In this document: positions 17,838 to 28,983 of the stretch, in pieces
How the letters are laid out: each line of letters opens with the position of its first letter
How positions within the stretch are numbered: the first letter of the stretch is position 1
IMG/VR virus record: IMGVR_UViG_3300016667_000581
Location: 1 to 60,553 of that record
Direction: 5' to 3' (one strand)
From: a virus
Lineage: Duplodnaviria > Caudoviricetes
DNA length: 60,553 nucleotides
Program-made: the position numbers and the translations under genes
Notes under the pieces: model-generated
What the model was told of the DNA's origin: nothing
The model's database searches: none
What the model saw: the letters and a program-made list of their open reading frames with translations, nothing else

Positions 17838-20206
17838 TGCCAACAGCACCCTCAAATATATCACCCACAGACTTAGGTTACATAAAAGCTATATCTGCGG
17901 ATACAACACAAGAAAATAACTATGACCCCTCTGTTGCACAAGCCCCAGAGGGCCAAGGTTTTGTAGCTGGAGACCCGACAAGCGACTGCTATGCACTTAG
18001 GCTAGAACCTTTCAATGAGTGTGGTAACTACAGGTCTATTCTAGAAATTGATAGTATAGTAACCGCGCAATACGCTAATATAGTTCGGAATATAAGCGGC
18101 GAAAATGTTTCCAACCCTTTTATTGAAGGACTCGTAAGGTTTATTTATTCACAGATGCTTCCTTTTGAGGCTGCGGTGAGAAGGTTCACAATTTCGGTTT
18201 TCTCACAAGTTGGCGGAACTTCTTATTGGGTAGATGGAGAAAACAACAAATATTATCCAACCGACGCAGAGTATAGTGATGCGAGTATTGATAGAACTGG
18301 CTGGACTTTTATCCTTGAATCAAAAAGTTTAGATACCGACTCGACACGAAAAGATGCTTTTATTTATAATGGTATACTCAAAAGTATTGATGGAATAAGG
18401 CAAGCCATAGTACCATATATTCCTTTTGATCCAACTGGCGCAGCCTATGTTGGCGACTGTAGAGAAACAACAGGATTTCCGTTCTCAATTGACGGAGTTT
18501 CCGTCAAGTGGCCCTTGGCAGTCCTTGAGATAGGTCCAGATGCTGTCAGAAGGGGTAGAATAGAAGTAACTGATGGCAATTATAGAGAAGAAGCATCATT
18601 CTACAATATGTGTTTGACGGCGAAAGAATGCATTAAAGAATATAGACAAAACAATCCTGATAGTTATGAAACTGACTTGGCTAGTTTGACCAATGAACAA
18701 CTAGAAACATTGAACAGAATAGAAGACTTTGAAGATAATAGTATTCCAACAGAAACTTCTTCCATCTTGACAGAGGCAAATAAACAGATTTCGATAGCTC
18801 TACTAAACGCCACCAATGATGAATACTATCAAGGTATTACTAAAGGTTTATTACATTCTGAAGTTTTATATAAAGTAGCAATAGTAGCTTCAGCAATCAA
18901 GAATGTTATTCTCATTCTAAAAGAAAGTTTAAATGCTGTAGCGTTATCTGACATTATAGCTGAATCGGAACAAATAAAAAGAGAACAAGAAGCCGAATAT
19001 CTCCGTAAACTTGCAGAAGAAGCAGAAAAAAGAGCCATTAGGGAAGAAATGCTCGCTGAAAGACTCAACCCAGACTTATGCAGAATTCCAGAACAACCCA
19101 TTCCAAACCCTTGTTTGGACACCGGTTTGCTCAATGCTTCAAAGACAAAAACATTCTTAGATAACTGGACAGCTAAAGATAGAACTGAGCCTTACTACTC
19201 ACCAGATAACAAGAAATACTATATTGTATATGATGTCATACTACAGAATTTTGCCGACTTGACCAATACTGTTATGAACTCTTACAAAACAGAAGCGTAT
19301 AAAATACTCAACAATACATTCAAACTGAATATGGTAGAATTGGAAGACATGGACCGTTCGGGAGGAATAGAAATACTGGTTAGAAATGAACCAAATGGAA
19401 AGTTCTATGAACCAAGAGCTTTCAAACCATCAAAGTTATTGTTTTCTATGACAGAAGAAACCGTGCAAAGCCTCCAGAGAACAGTAGATACTTCTCTACC
19501 AAGGTTCGTAGACCCAGGCCCAAATGCACCATTTATCAAAACTTATAGCTATACAATACAAGAATTTTTTGATTCTTTAGAAGGGTTTGAAAACGTATTG
19601 AAAAAGTATGTATTCGATCACGCACTTTGGAAGATAACATTCGGCAATGAAAACCCTGCCGTAACTAACTTACGAGTTAGTGCTGGACCTATTTTTGAAA
19701 AACTGAAACTTGATATCCTCAAACAAGACTCAAAGAACTTCCAGAAATTCAAGCCTTTATTCTCTAAACTTCTCTCTAGAAATGGTATATCTCTTCAAGA
19801 AGAAGTTTCATTGCAGAAGAAAGGAGAGTATCTTATGGGCGACCGAATAATGCTCGTATTCCAGTTTGAGCAAGCAGAAGGTAGTCCTCCACCACAAATA
19901 GAAGGTACAAATGTGATAGCACCCCCAGCAATAAATACTTTGACTAGTCCTCCAACCAATAATGCAGGGTCTGGTCTGGTTAGTGGTGTTGTGCCTGGTA
20001 AAAATATAAAACTATACAGAGTGCAAATAATAAACTCTTCAAGACCCCCAGCAGACCTAATATGGAAGTCAGTTGATGGTACGGGCGATAACTTAGGTGG
20101 CCTGAATTCACAAGATGTATTTATGCAAGAAACTGCTATGAATTATCTTATGAATTTGAATGTTCTATTACCTCTACTAAGACCAGATAAAAAAGACTGG
20201 AAATAG
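17837..20206 (+). CDS. Large hypothetical (putative virion) protein
   Basis: 789 aa, TAATG coupling, central coiled coil; located in the tail module. Confidence 0.7.
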   Translation: MPTAPSNISPTDLGYIKAISADTTQENNYDPSVAQAPEGQGFVAGDPTSDCYALRLEPFNECGNYRSILEIDSIVTAQYANIVRNISGENVSNPFIEGLVRFIYSQMLPFEAAVRRFTISVFSQVGGTSYWVDGENNKYYPTDAEYSDASIDRTGWTFILESKSLDTDSTRKDAFIYNGILKSIDGIRQAIVPYIPFDPTGAAYVGDCRETTGFPFSIDGVSVKWPLAVLEIGPDAVRRGRIEVTDGNYREEASFYNMCLTAKECIKEYRQNNPDSYETDLASLTNEQLETLNRIEDFEDNSIPTETSSILTEANKQISIALLNATNDEYYQGITKGLLHSEVLYKVAIVASAIKNVILILKESLNAVALSDIIAESEQIKREQEAEYLRKLAEEAEKRAIREEMLAERLNPDLCRIPEQPIPNPCLDTGLLNASKTKTFLDNWTAKDRTEPYYSPDNKKYYIVYDVILQNFADLTNTVMNSYKTEAYKILNNTFKLNMVELEDMDRSGGIEILVRNEPNGKFYEPRAFKPSKLLFSMTEETVQSLQRTVDTSLPRFVDPGPNAPFIKTYSYTIQEFFDSLEGFENVLKKYVFDHALWKITFGNENPAVTNLRVSAGPIFEKLKLDILKQDSKNFQKFKPLFSKLLSRNGISLQEEVSLQKKGEYLMGDRIMLVFQFEQAEGSPPPQIEGTNVIAPPAINTLTSPPTNNAGSGLVSGVVPGKNIKLYRVQIINSSRPPADLIWKSVDGTGDNLGGLNSQDVFMQETAMNYLMNLNVLLPLLRPDKKDWK

Positions 20207-20230
20207 ATACTTATAGCATAAGGAATACAA

Positions 20231-23200
20231 ATGCCAATTTCTAAAAAGGGAACAAACTTCAAAGAGTTTGCTGCTACATTACGTTATCCACCACTTCAGT
20301 TTGATAACCCAAACACAACGGATCCGTTGCAAACTCCCAAAGCTCAATTCTTGAAGAATTTCGCTACAGACGTAGTAAACGACGTACTCAACGATATAAA
20401 AGAAAATGGTTTAGAATTTTATGCTAACGAGTACAATAAAAAACCATTCAAGAACTACAAGCAAAAAGTAAAAGAAGATGAAGAGTTAAAACGTCCTGTG
20501 AACAAGGCAGCAAAAGCTGCTTTGATAAACCGTTCAAACCTAGAAGCAGGCGATCCGTTTGCACAAGTATTGAATGATGTCATTGATAGTATGACTGACA
20601 ATATTACCCTAGATGGTAATGGAGTGTTTGCTAAAAATGATAATGGTGCAAGAGCAAGAGAATTATTGCTAAAGTCTATGGGTGAAAACTCTCTAAAATT
20701 GCTCGGCTTTCTTTCTTTATCTGTTTTAAGTAGAGCTATATCAGTTTCGCCAGGGCCAATTGACTGGCTTATGAATGTGAATGTTCAACAATACTTGAAG
20801 TATTTAAGTCCTACTTTCTTGATTGAAAAACTAATAGAAAGTATCAAAAATAAACAAGTAAGCGAAGCTATAAATGATTTTAAACTAGTTGGTAGATTTA
20901 TCAATGGTGTTTTGACCTCTACACAATTTGAACCAAGGATTCAGCAAGCGTTTTTTGATTATTTGGCAGAACAACCGAATCTTCCTCCTGCCCTAAAAGA
21001 AATCAAAAGTTTTGATGAAATAACTGCGTTTCTAGACCCTGAAGCAATAAACGAATTTTCCGATGCGAATTCTATCAGAACTTTGTCCACAGTTTCGCTG
21101 GACTTATTACAGAATGGTAAGCTAGGAATAGATCTGAATATTGTTTCAAGAGATATAAATGGGGAAGTTTTAGGAAAAATTTCTATAAATAACCTTTCAA
21201 AAGACTTAACTGGTTTAGTAACTGGCGCACAGGATGACTTACGTTCAATATTAGATTCTTTCGCAGCCTGCGAACTACCTGACCCAGATATGTTCAACAA
21301 ATACAGAGAACTTGACAAGGCTAGAAAAGAATTTTTCAAAGGCTTCAAAGGACTAAAGAAGAAAGACCAGAAGAAGAAACTACCAAAAGTTCCAGATAAA
21401 TATGAAATTATCAAAAACTTACTTATGACAGCAGCGACTTCATTATTTTACGTCGCTACAAAAACTCTGTTCAAGATAGTAATTTCATATTTACAGAAGC
21501 TAGTACCAGATCTATCTTGTGCCCAACTTTCTCTGATGATACTTCCTGAAGAAGAACTTGGTCCTAGAACACAAAACCGCCCGGTAAACCCAGACGACCT
21601 AGCGAAAACGATAGCTAGCGGTCTAAGGACGAATAACCGTAATGGTTTAACCGAGGCGGATATTCAGCAAGTCTCTGCATTATTAACTGAAATAGCTACT
21701 TCCATTGGTTTATTCAATGGTGTAGATATCACGGCTCTTAATGAATTCTTATCATTGACAATGGGTGTCTTGACTCAAAGAGAGTTCTGCGAATTATTGA
21801 GTGGACAACCCAACTACGATACTGTTTTGATAATTCAAAACATAATCGATGTAAGATATCCCAACTCTGGAATTAGTAAAGATCAAACAGATATTATTAG
21901 ATTCTTTTCAAGTATTTCTTCTTTAGTTGATCCAGGATGTAACAGTATTCTTGCTGAAGTTGACGTTCCGCTAAACGGGATGGTATGCTCTACACCAGCT
22001 TATTATCAAGTTTACAACGACCTTCGTATGGCCTTGTTAAAAGAGAGAGGTCTACAACAAGGTGAGATAGAAACTCAAATTAGTTTGATCTGTGAGCTAA
22101 ACTCGGGTCAAGCTCAACAGTTCTTGGATCTCATCAATAGTGGTGACCCTATTGACAGTATGTTGCCATTAATAGAAATTGGAAGTCCAAACTGTGGCAT
22201 CAACAACACTATTGAACCAATAAACGAAGTAGTAAGAGCGGAACTAATAAGAACTTATAACAACCTTTTCAGCAGCCTAAAAACAACTCTTGATTACAAC
22301 ATGGTTGGAGAAAGAGGTTTCCTTTCCAAAATATTGAGCGGTAAAAATGGTTTACCTTATCCAAGCTACCTAAAGATAAATGAAATACTAGATTCCGCTT
22401 ATCAACAGAATAGATATTTTGAAAATCTAAAAGAATCTGAAGTAGATGAAAACGGAAAGAAGAAAAAGAAGAAAAAAGATGAGGAGAATACCGTAGATGA
22501 AACAGCCGCAAAGCTAGATAAAACTCAAGTTTCTGTTTATGAGCCAAAACTTATAGCTAGTTGGATGCGTCTAAACCAAGAAGAATTCTGTAGTTTGGAT
22601 CACAAAACAAGAATGACATCTACACCTCTGAATATCTCGCCAGAGGGTTTTGATAATTATTTTGACCCAACAACAGATCCGTTTATTCTTACTGATGATG
22701 ACAAAGCTAGCCTCAATAAACTTTTTTCCTTATCAGAACAAGAACTCAATAGTCTATCTTCTCAACAACTAATAAATTACAAAGACTTATTTGCAAGAAT
22801 AGGTAATATCTTTTTCGGCGTCAGAGGAATTAGCTATTCAGGAATTTATGACCTTTCGCAAAGCAGTATTAGCGGTTTGAGCGTTGACGGTATCAGACAA
22901 GCCAACCTTGAATCTGGTATATTCTTGCAAAAAGATCTTAGTACTAAACTAGCGGTTGCGACTGCTTGGGCCATTGTGAACCCTCTTGCGATGCCTTTCA
23001 TTACCGCCTTTATGAGTTCTGCAATAAAAGCTTCAAAGAATTCTACGGCGGAACCTTTGCCTGGAATAGCGAAGGCAATTTCTTCTAAGTCGCCAGCTTA
23101 CAGAGTCAAGAGTTACAACTTCTTCATCTTACCCTCAACAACCCTAGAGTCGCCAGTTGGAGAAATAAAAACAAAGATATTTGATTATTATCCAAGCTCC

Positions 23201-26200
23201 ATTTCTCAATTGCTTAGAAAGGATAGCTCTATTTCTGATACTGCCCAGCTTGCAACTTCCACACCTGACTACGCTGAGTATACTCAGGTTGTTCGATTCC
23301 CAGAGAATGAATTCAACAAAATCAATAAGTCTATTGAACTCAGAGAAATAATAAAAGCGCAAGATGACTATCTTATTGACCTAAATGAACAAACTATTAG
23401 CACACCTAACGTGGAAAGTGTACTACCAGCTAGTAATACAAGAAGCGAAACAAAACAAGCTCTTGTATTTGCCGATATTGTCCTAGATGCTTTACAGAAA
23501 AACGCCGATATTCAGCTTGAAGATATTCCAAGAGTAGAAAAATATGCTGAATATCTTTCAAAAGACCTTTATAACTATGTTTTCAATACCTATCTTGACG
23601 GTATGATGAAGATCCCTGCATATAATGGTAAGAACTTGAAATATGGCGTGACCGACGAGCGTGTAAATGTCCTCAATAGTCGCCACGTTAACACAGTAAC
23701 AGGAGAACTTGATCCGGTATTGAACCCCGAAGACTACGGTGGTACTGAGGTTGATCCAAGTTATTATATCTATACGAAGCTAAGTGATGACTGGAAGAAC
23801 TTATATAATGTTTATCTACGCGAAAGAAACGAAACTTTCACACCAGCAAGAACCCCGATCCCGGACTTCCAGGACTTTGCTGAAAGCGCAGCAGAACTAT
23901 ATTTGAAGCTCAAAGAAGATACCAGAGATGCAGACGATCTAAGCAACCAAGCTCCATTTGACCTTATTGTTTCTAAGTCTGCTTTAGTCTCAATGAACGG
24001 TTTGTTTGATATGATGGTCAAAATTTTCTGTTTTGAACAATACTACAAAGGTTTCGCTTTCCTGAATACTGTTGAGATGTCTGATAATGTTTTTGATAAC
24101 GTATACTTTGACTTCTTAGCTAAAAGGTTCAAAGAGTACGCTGTAGCAACAGGTCCAAGAAACTCCAGCTCTAGAGGTAAAAGCAGCAAGTTCTATCATA
24201 TGTTGATGGAAATTTATGTAATGATACTTCTTAAGAAGAGAGAAGCCAAGATAGCTTCCATAACCCCTACAGAAGAAGAAGCTCTAAGACAGATAGGAAG
24301 AAAATCAAATATCTGGAAGTTCGGAATTCCAGCCAACAGCCTAACACAAAAGGAAGCTTCCTATTTTGAAGCATCTTCAAGGATAGCAGCATATGAAGTC
24401 CCAGGCTATCCTATTGGTGCTTTCTCCAATGCTATCGTGGCTTCTGGAGGTTCATTGGGACCATCCAATAGAATTTTCGCAGAAGCCAAGAAACAAAGAG
24501 AGCAACAAATAAGACTGAGAAATAACTACTGGAATTTGATAATGGAAGACTGCGAAGCCTATTTTGAAGTCTTGCTGCGTGTAAAGATGCGTCAAGAAAT
24601 GGCTGCTATCTCTAAAGAATTGTCAGTTCTAAACCCAGACTTGATCAAAGAAAATAGTATTCTGAATATGCCAATAAATGGTGGTCCTATCGTACAGAAT
24701 GGCGAAGATATTGAGAAAGATGATACAGCGCACATGCGAAATATCTACACTCACCATCCCGCAATGCTTTACTCAGCAGGAAATGCCCTAATATCCGATT
24801 CGGCTTATCGCGCTTTCTATGGTACGAAGGAACATAATAACGATAGAAACTTCAACGGGTTTATGTTTACAAGACTTTACAATAAACAAAACTTTAGTGG
24901 TTCTACTGTCATTATGAGAGGGAAACCAAAAGAACCTGTTTATTCTTTCTCAGTTAACTACAACGAGGACACAGCCGCCAAAATAGAAGAGAAGCTGATG
25001 TACGAAGATCCCAATGGTGGCGCTTTGACTATGGACGACTATCGTTATAGCCCCGACTTCCTTGTTCCAAGTTTATTGAACTATATTGAACTAAACAAGA
25101 GAGATATTGTCGTAAACTCATTCTTATTGGATCCAAATAGTTCTAAAGCTGGAACCGATACAAGATGGAGTGACTATTTTATTTTCCAAGATACCGGAGA
25201 TGCTGGTACTGCGGTTTACGAATTAGAAACTCTTATCTCGGAAATATCAGGAAATATGAGAGTATCGGACTACTTTGATTCTCTTACAAACGATCCAAGT
25301 ACTAACTTTATGGAAAGTCCAATAAGAGGAACCGAAAATTTCTATACTTCTTTGAAAAGATATAAAGTATTCAAGACCGAAGGTTCCTCTTTCAGAAAAC
25401 TTGGTTCTGATAGCTATGTTGTCGGAGGTATTAGTGCTAGCAATATGCCTATGGTCATGAGTCAGGTACCTGCTCCATTTATTCTGGAGCAATATCTAAA
25501 CCTTGTGGAAATAGGACAAGACTTTTTCCCCGGCGATGAACAAGCAAGATATAGATATATCGATCCAAATACTGGGCTAGACGTTTACACAAGTACATTG
25601 GCAAAACTTCGCGAAGTTCTATACGACGAAGGCGCAACATTTGGAATAGGGTATCTTGATACAGTAGGTGCTAGTGACTTCAAAGCCGTAACCAAAGAAG
25701 TGTTCCTAGGTCCAGTAAGTCTATCTGCTTTCATCTACTGGCTTGGTTCTAGTGGTTTCTTTAATGGTTCCTTCGCAGGTTCCGTTATTGATGTCGCTGG
25801 AACCGTAAGTTTCCTTGATATGCCAATATCTTGGTTCTTCAAGCCAGGTACCTTTAGATACGGCGTTAGAATGTTACTAATGCAACCAGATTCAGATCTA
25901 ACTTTTGAAGAAGGCACACATTCTTATTTTGAAGATACGTTATTTCCTGTCAAGGAAGGCGAACTAGATGTAGAGAAAAACCTAAGAGATAGGATCAGAA
26001 CTCTAAAAGCTTTGAATAAAGAAAATGGTTATGGCATTCCTCTGTTCAAGGCCGAAGAGGAAGTAAGTTGGACCTTTAGAGATCTGAAAACGATATACGA
26101 TGCTTATCTATCCAGCAATACAGGACAGGGATATCTAGGCGTGAACGTCACACCTGGCAACTGGATCGATCATTCTGCTTTGACTCGTCCAATAAATGTA

Positions 26201-26734
26201 AGACTATTCAACGAGATAGTTTGCAGCGAACAATACAAGAAAATGTTTGATTTCTGTATTCCTCTTCGTTTCTTTGCTTCTTTGAGTGCAATTTATACAA
26301 CAAAAGCTTTCACAAACTCAATAGGTTCGGCAATAGACTGGAATGGATACAAACGTGTCGTTGATACTGTTGTCAGTAAGAAAGAGACAGATGTTTTATT
26401 ACCATTCTACGAATCCGTTAGAAAGGTATTCTACTATTCATATAACTCTTTCAATGCTTCTTACGACGGAGAAGGCGATGATGAATTCAACGAGCTTGCA
26501 GAACAAGAAAGAATTTCAAGACTCTCAAGACCATTTACTAATATCGATCAAGATGGCATCATTCGTATCTCCGATATCCAGTATGATATTCTCAAAGCAA
26601 ACCAAGTCGATCCTCTAATCCGAGAAGGTATGGGTCCATTGAGAGATATCATTGGTTCTGGCTACGAAGGTCGTATTGTTTCAGACCCAACAAATGCTTG
26701 TGGTGCTGCAAGAAATAGTAATAGTTGCGATTGA
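20231..26734 (+). CDS. Very large hypothetical virion protein (2167 aa)
   Basis: Helical N-terminal half and two Lys-rich runs. RBS AAGGA. Directly precedes gp25. Confidence 0.7.
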   Translation: MPISKKGTNFKEFAATLRYPPLQFDNPNTTDPLQTPKAQFLKNFATDVVNDVLNDIKENGLEFYANEYNKKPFKNYKQKVKEDEELKRPVNKAAKAALINRSNLEAGDPFAQVLNDVIDSMTDNITLDGNGVFAKNDNGARARELLLKSMGENSLKLLGFLSLSVLSRAISVSPGPIDWLMNVNVQQYLKYLSPTFLIEKLIESIKNKQVSEAINDFKLVGRFINGVLTSTQFEPRIQQAFFDYLAEQPNLPPALKEIKSFDEITAFLDPEAINEFSDANSIRTLSTVSLDLLQNGKLGIDLNIVSRDINGEVLGKISINNLSKDLTGLVTGAQDDLRSILDSFAACELPDPDMFNKYRELDKARKEFFKGFKGLKKKDQKKKLPKVPDKYEIIKNLLMTAATSLFYVATKTLFKIVISYLQKLVPDLSCAQLSLMILPEEELGPRTQNRPVNPDDLAKTIASGLRTNNRNGLTEADIQQVSALLTEIATSIGLFNGVDITALNEFLSLTMGVLTQREFCELLSGQPNYDTVLIIQNIIDVRYPNSGISKDQTDIIRFFSSISSLVDPGCNSILAEVDVPLNGMVCSTPAYYQVYNDLRMALLKERGLQQGEIETQISLICELNSGQAQQFLDLINSGDPIDSMLPLIEIGSPNCGINNTIEPINEVVRAELIRTYNNLFSSLKTTLDYNMVGERGFLSKILSGKNGLPYPSYLKINEILDSAYQQNRYFENLKESEVDENGKKKKKKKDEENTVDETAAKLDKTQVSVYEPKLIASWMRLNQEEFCSLDHKTRMTSTPLNISPEGFDNYFDPTTDPFILTDDDKASLNKLFSLSEQELNSLSSQQLINYKDLFARIGNIFFGVRGISYSGIYDLSQSSISGLSVDGIRQANLESGIFLQKDLSTKLAVATAWAIVNPLAMPFITAFMSSAIKASKNSTAEPLPGIAKAISSKSPAYRVKSYNFFILPSTTLESPVGEIKTKIFDYYPSSISQLLRKDSSISDTAQLATSTPDYAEYTQVVRFPENEFNKINKSIELREIIKAQDDYLIDLNEQTISTPNVESVLPASNTRSETKQALVFADIVLDALQKNADIQLEDIPRVEKYAEYLSKDLYNYVFNTYLDGMMKIPAYNGKNLKYGVTDERVNVLNSRHVNTVTGELDPVLNPEDYGGTEVDPSYYIYTKLSDDWKNLYNVYLRERNETFTPARTPIPDFQDFAESAAELYLKLKEDTRDADDLSNQAPFDLIVSKSALVSMNGLFDMMVKIFCFEQYYKGFAFLNTVEMSDNVFDNVYFDFLAKRFKEYAVATGPRNSSSRGKSSKFYHMLMEIYVMILLKKREAKIASITPTEEEALRQIGRKSNIWKFGIPANSLTQKEASYFEASSRIAAYEVPGYPIGAFSNAIVASGGSLGPSNRIFAEAKKQREQQIRLRNNYWNLIMEDCEAYFEVLLRVKMRQEMAAISKELSVLNPDLIKENSILNMPINGGPIVQNGEDIEKDDTAHMRNIYTHHPAMLYSAGNALISDSAYRAFYGTKEHNNDRNFNGFMFTRLYNKQNFSGSTVIMRGKPKEPVYSFSVNYNEDTAAKIEEKLMYEDPNGGALTMDDYRYSPDFLVPSLLNYIELNKRDIVVNSFLLDPNSSKAGTDTRWSDYFIFQDTGDAGTAVYELETLISEISGNMRVSDYFDSLTNDPSTNFMESPIRGTENFYTSLKRYKVFKTEGSSFRKLGSDSYVVGGISASNMPMVMSQVPAPFILEQYLNLVEIGQDFFPGDEQARYRYIDPNTGLDVYTSTLAKLREVLYDEGATFGIGYLDTVGASDFKAVTKEVFLGPVSLSAFIYWLGSSGFFNGSFAGSVIDVAGTVSFLDMPISWFFKPGTFRYGVRMLLMQPDSDLTFEEGTHSYFEDTLFPVKEGELDVEKNLRDRIRTLKALNKENGYGIPLFKAEEEVSWTFRDLKTIYDAYLSSNTGQGYLGVNVTPGNWIDHSALTRPINVRLFNEIVCSEQYKKMFDFCIPLRFFASLSAIYTTKAFTNSIGSAIDWNGYKRVVDTVVSKKETDVLLPFYESVRKVFYYSYNSFNASYDGEGDDEFNELAEQERISRLSRPFTNIDQDGIIRISDIQYDILKANQVDPLIREGMGPLRDIIGSGYEGRIVSDPTNACGAARNSNSCD

Positions 26735-26738
26735 GAAT

Positions 26739-26746
26739 CTATTTAC
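26739..26746 (+). promoter_or_regulatory. Putative late promoter CTATTTAC
   Basis: Intergenic, 22 nt before the gp25 ATG; the motif recurs before other structural genes. Confidence 0.7.
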
Positions 26747-26760
26747 ACAGAGGGTAACAA

Positions 26761-27135
26761 ATGGCAATAGGATATTCAGCTAAACTTCCATTACAGGTAA
26801 CTGATGTAGATGGGCCATATTCTTTGAATAAAGACTTACCCTCCGTTGTAAAACAGAATATCAAAATGCTGTTATTCACTTCTCCAGGTGAGCGAGTGAT
26901 GGACGCAAATTTTGGGGTTGGTCTACGGAGTTATCTATTTGAAAATATGTCTCAACTAACTTTTGATTTAGTGAGAGAAAGAACACTTGAACAACTGCGC
27001 GCATATTTACCATTTGTGAAAGTTCTAACTCTAGATATATTTTCAACCGACGAGATGCCAAACACTATGTATTTTAAAATGGAATACTCTTTCCCTTCTA
27101 GTGACGTACAAATTTTGAATTTGGAGATTAGATAA
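26761..27135 (+). CDS. Baseplate wedge subunit, T4 gp25/GPW-like
   Basis: VKQNIKMLLFTSPGERVMDANFGVGLRSYLFE is the canonical gp25 motif. Confidence 0.92.
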   Translation: MAIGYSAKLPLQVTDVDGPYSLNKDLPSVVKQNIKMLLFTSPGERVMDANFGVGLRSYLFENMSQLTFDLVRERTLEQLRAYLPFVKVLTLDIFSTDEMPNTMYFKMEYSFPSSDVQILNLEIR

Positions 27136-27146
27136 TACCTCTTTAA

Positions 27147-27154
27147 CTATTTAT
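27147..27154 (+). promoter_or_regulatory. Putative late promoter CTATTTAT
   Basis: Intergenic, 28 nt before the gp6 ATG. Confidence 0.65.
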
Positions 27155-27174
27155 TTTTGAATGGTGAAACATAA

Positions 27175-28983
27175 ATGACCAATATAAAGAAACCAGTAAT
27201 TAAATACACTTCTAGAGACTTTGAGACTATCAAGGCAGACTTGATTGAATTTGCTAGAAGGTATTACCCTGATTCGTACAAAGACTTTAATGAAGCTAGT
27301 TTTGGCTCTTTGATGCTGGATAGCGTTTCTTATATTGGTGACATTTTATCCTTTTATCTAGACTATCAAGCTAATGAATCGTTTATTTCAACAGCCGTTG
27401 AATATTCTAATGTTCGCAAATTAGCAGAACAAAATGGTTATAAGTTCAAAGGTCCGTCAACATCTAGTGGAATAGCTCAATTCTTCGTGCTTGTTCCTGC
27501 TCTTGCTTCATCACCAACAGCAGGACCAGACCCAGCATATATTCCAGTTCTAAAAAAGAATTCCGTATTCGGTGGAGCAAATAATTCAGCGTTTACTCTT
27601 TTGGATGACGTTCGTTTTGATACTTCAATGACAGACGTTGTGCCTGCTAGAATAAACACTTCTACAGGGCAACCAACTTTTTATGCTTTAAGAAATAGTG
27701 GTGTAGTCATCTCTGGTCGTTTCAAAACCGAGAATATTCAAGTTGATGAATTTGAAAAATTCAAAAAAGTCAAATTATTGGGAACAAATATAAACGAAAT
27801 TTTAGAAGTTATGGACTTGGAAGGTCACGAATATTATGAGGTTGATTATCTAACTCAGAATGTCGTCTATAAAGAAATAGAAAACAAAGGTGCTAATAAA
27901 GAAATAGTGCCTGCAATTCTAAGACCTTTCTCTGTCGCCAGACGTTTTACACACGAAGTTGATAAATTCGGATCTACATATTTGCAGTTTGGTTTTGGAA
28001 GTGAAAGCGAATTAAATGAGAACGGCTTTGCTCAACCAAATAGCGTTTTATTGAACAGATATGGAAGAAGTTACGAAACCGAACAAGGTTTTGATCCTTC
28101 CAAACTTATGCAGTCAGACAAGCTTGGTGTTGGTCCTTCCAACACCACTCTGACAGTAAGATATCGCTACAACGATAGTACTACGGTAAACGCTCCTGTA
28201 GGCTCGCTAAATAGAGCAATAGAACCTATTCTACAGTTTGTGGATGAGTTTTCTCTGGTTGCCGATACAGTACGCTCGGTAAGGTCCAGCATTGAAGTAA
28301 ACAATGAAGAGCCTATTGTTGGGCAGTCTATATTACCAACTTCTGAAGAAATAAAAGTAAGGTCTTCTTCTTACTTTGCGACACAACATCGTGCCGTAAC
28401 ACAACAAGACTTAGAAGCAATAAGTTACGCAATGCCAGCAAAGTTTGGTGCTGTTACAAGAGTTGCCGGTTATAAAGATAGTAATTCATTTAAAAGAAAT
28501 ATAAATTTGTATGTTCTCACACAAAATTCACAAGGCAAACTCGCAAGACCTTCGGGACTTCTAAAAGACAATTTAAAGAATTGGTTGAATAGATATAAAA
28601 TGATACACGATACCATTGATATTCTAGATGGTTTAGTTGTGAATTTTGGAGTTGATTTCACTATTCTTGTTGATAGAAGTTATGAAAAAGAAATAGTTTT
28701 AACAGAAGCAAGACAAAAGCTGGCACAACATTTCGCTAATGCTGGTTATTTCGGACAAATGGTTTCCATATCAGAAATATACTCAGTTCTAAACAAACAA
28801 GTAAGAGGTGTTATTGATGCCAAGAGAGTGAGAATAATACCAAAAGTTGATGGTATTTACTCTTCAAACACATTTGATTTTTCATCTGCTTTGTCGGTAG
28901 ATGGAACTTACCTAATAGTACCGAAGAACGTCTGTATGGAAATGAAGTTTACTGATATAGATATTGCAGGAGTGGCTGAATAA
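27175..28983 (+). CDS. Baseplate wedge subunit, T4 gp6/baseplate J-like
   Basis: YTSRDFETIK, DFNEASFG, YIGDILSFYLDYQANE, LQFG and QHRAVTQQD. Confidence 0.92.
   Translation: MTNIKKPVIKYTSRDFETIKADLIEFARRYYPDSYKDFNEASFGSLMLDSVSYIGDILSFYLDYQANESFISTAVEYSNVRKLAEQNGYKFKGPSTSSGIAQFFVLVPALASSPTAGPDPAYIPVLKKNSVFGGANNSAFTLLDDVRFDTSMTDVVPARINTSTGQPTFYALRNSGVVISGRFKTENIQVDEFEKFKKVKLLGTNINEILEVMDLEGHEYYEVDYLTQNVVYKEIENKGANKEIVPAILRPFSVARRFTHEVDKFGSTYLQFGFGSESELNENGFAQPNSVLLNRYGRSYETEQGFDPSKLMQSDKLGVGPSNTTLTVRYRYNDSTTVNAPVGSLNRAIEPILQFVDEFSLVADTVRSVRSSIEVNNEEPIVGQSILPTSEEIKVRSSSYFATQHRAVTQQDLEAISYAMPAKFGAVTRVAGYKDSNSFKRNINLYVLTQNSQGKLARPSGLLKDNLKNWLNRYKMIHDTIDILDGLVVNFGVDFTILVDRSYEKEIVLTEARQKLAQHFANAGYFGQMVSISEIYSVLNKQVRGVIDAKRVRIIPKVDGIYSSNTFDFSSALSVDGTYLIVPKNVCMEMKFTDIDIAGVAE

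Noticed and set aside
20204-20233. The 789-aa and 2167-aa ORFs are in the same frame, separated by TAG (possible read-through or stop recoding)
   Set aside because: A second in-frame TAA at 20219-20221 intervenes, the downstream gene has its own RBS, and genes elsewhere are intact in the standard code.
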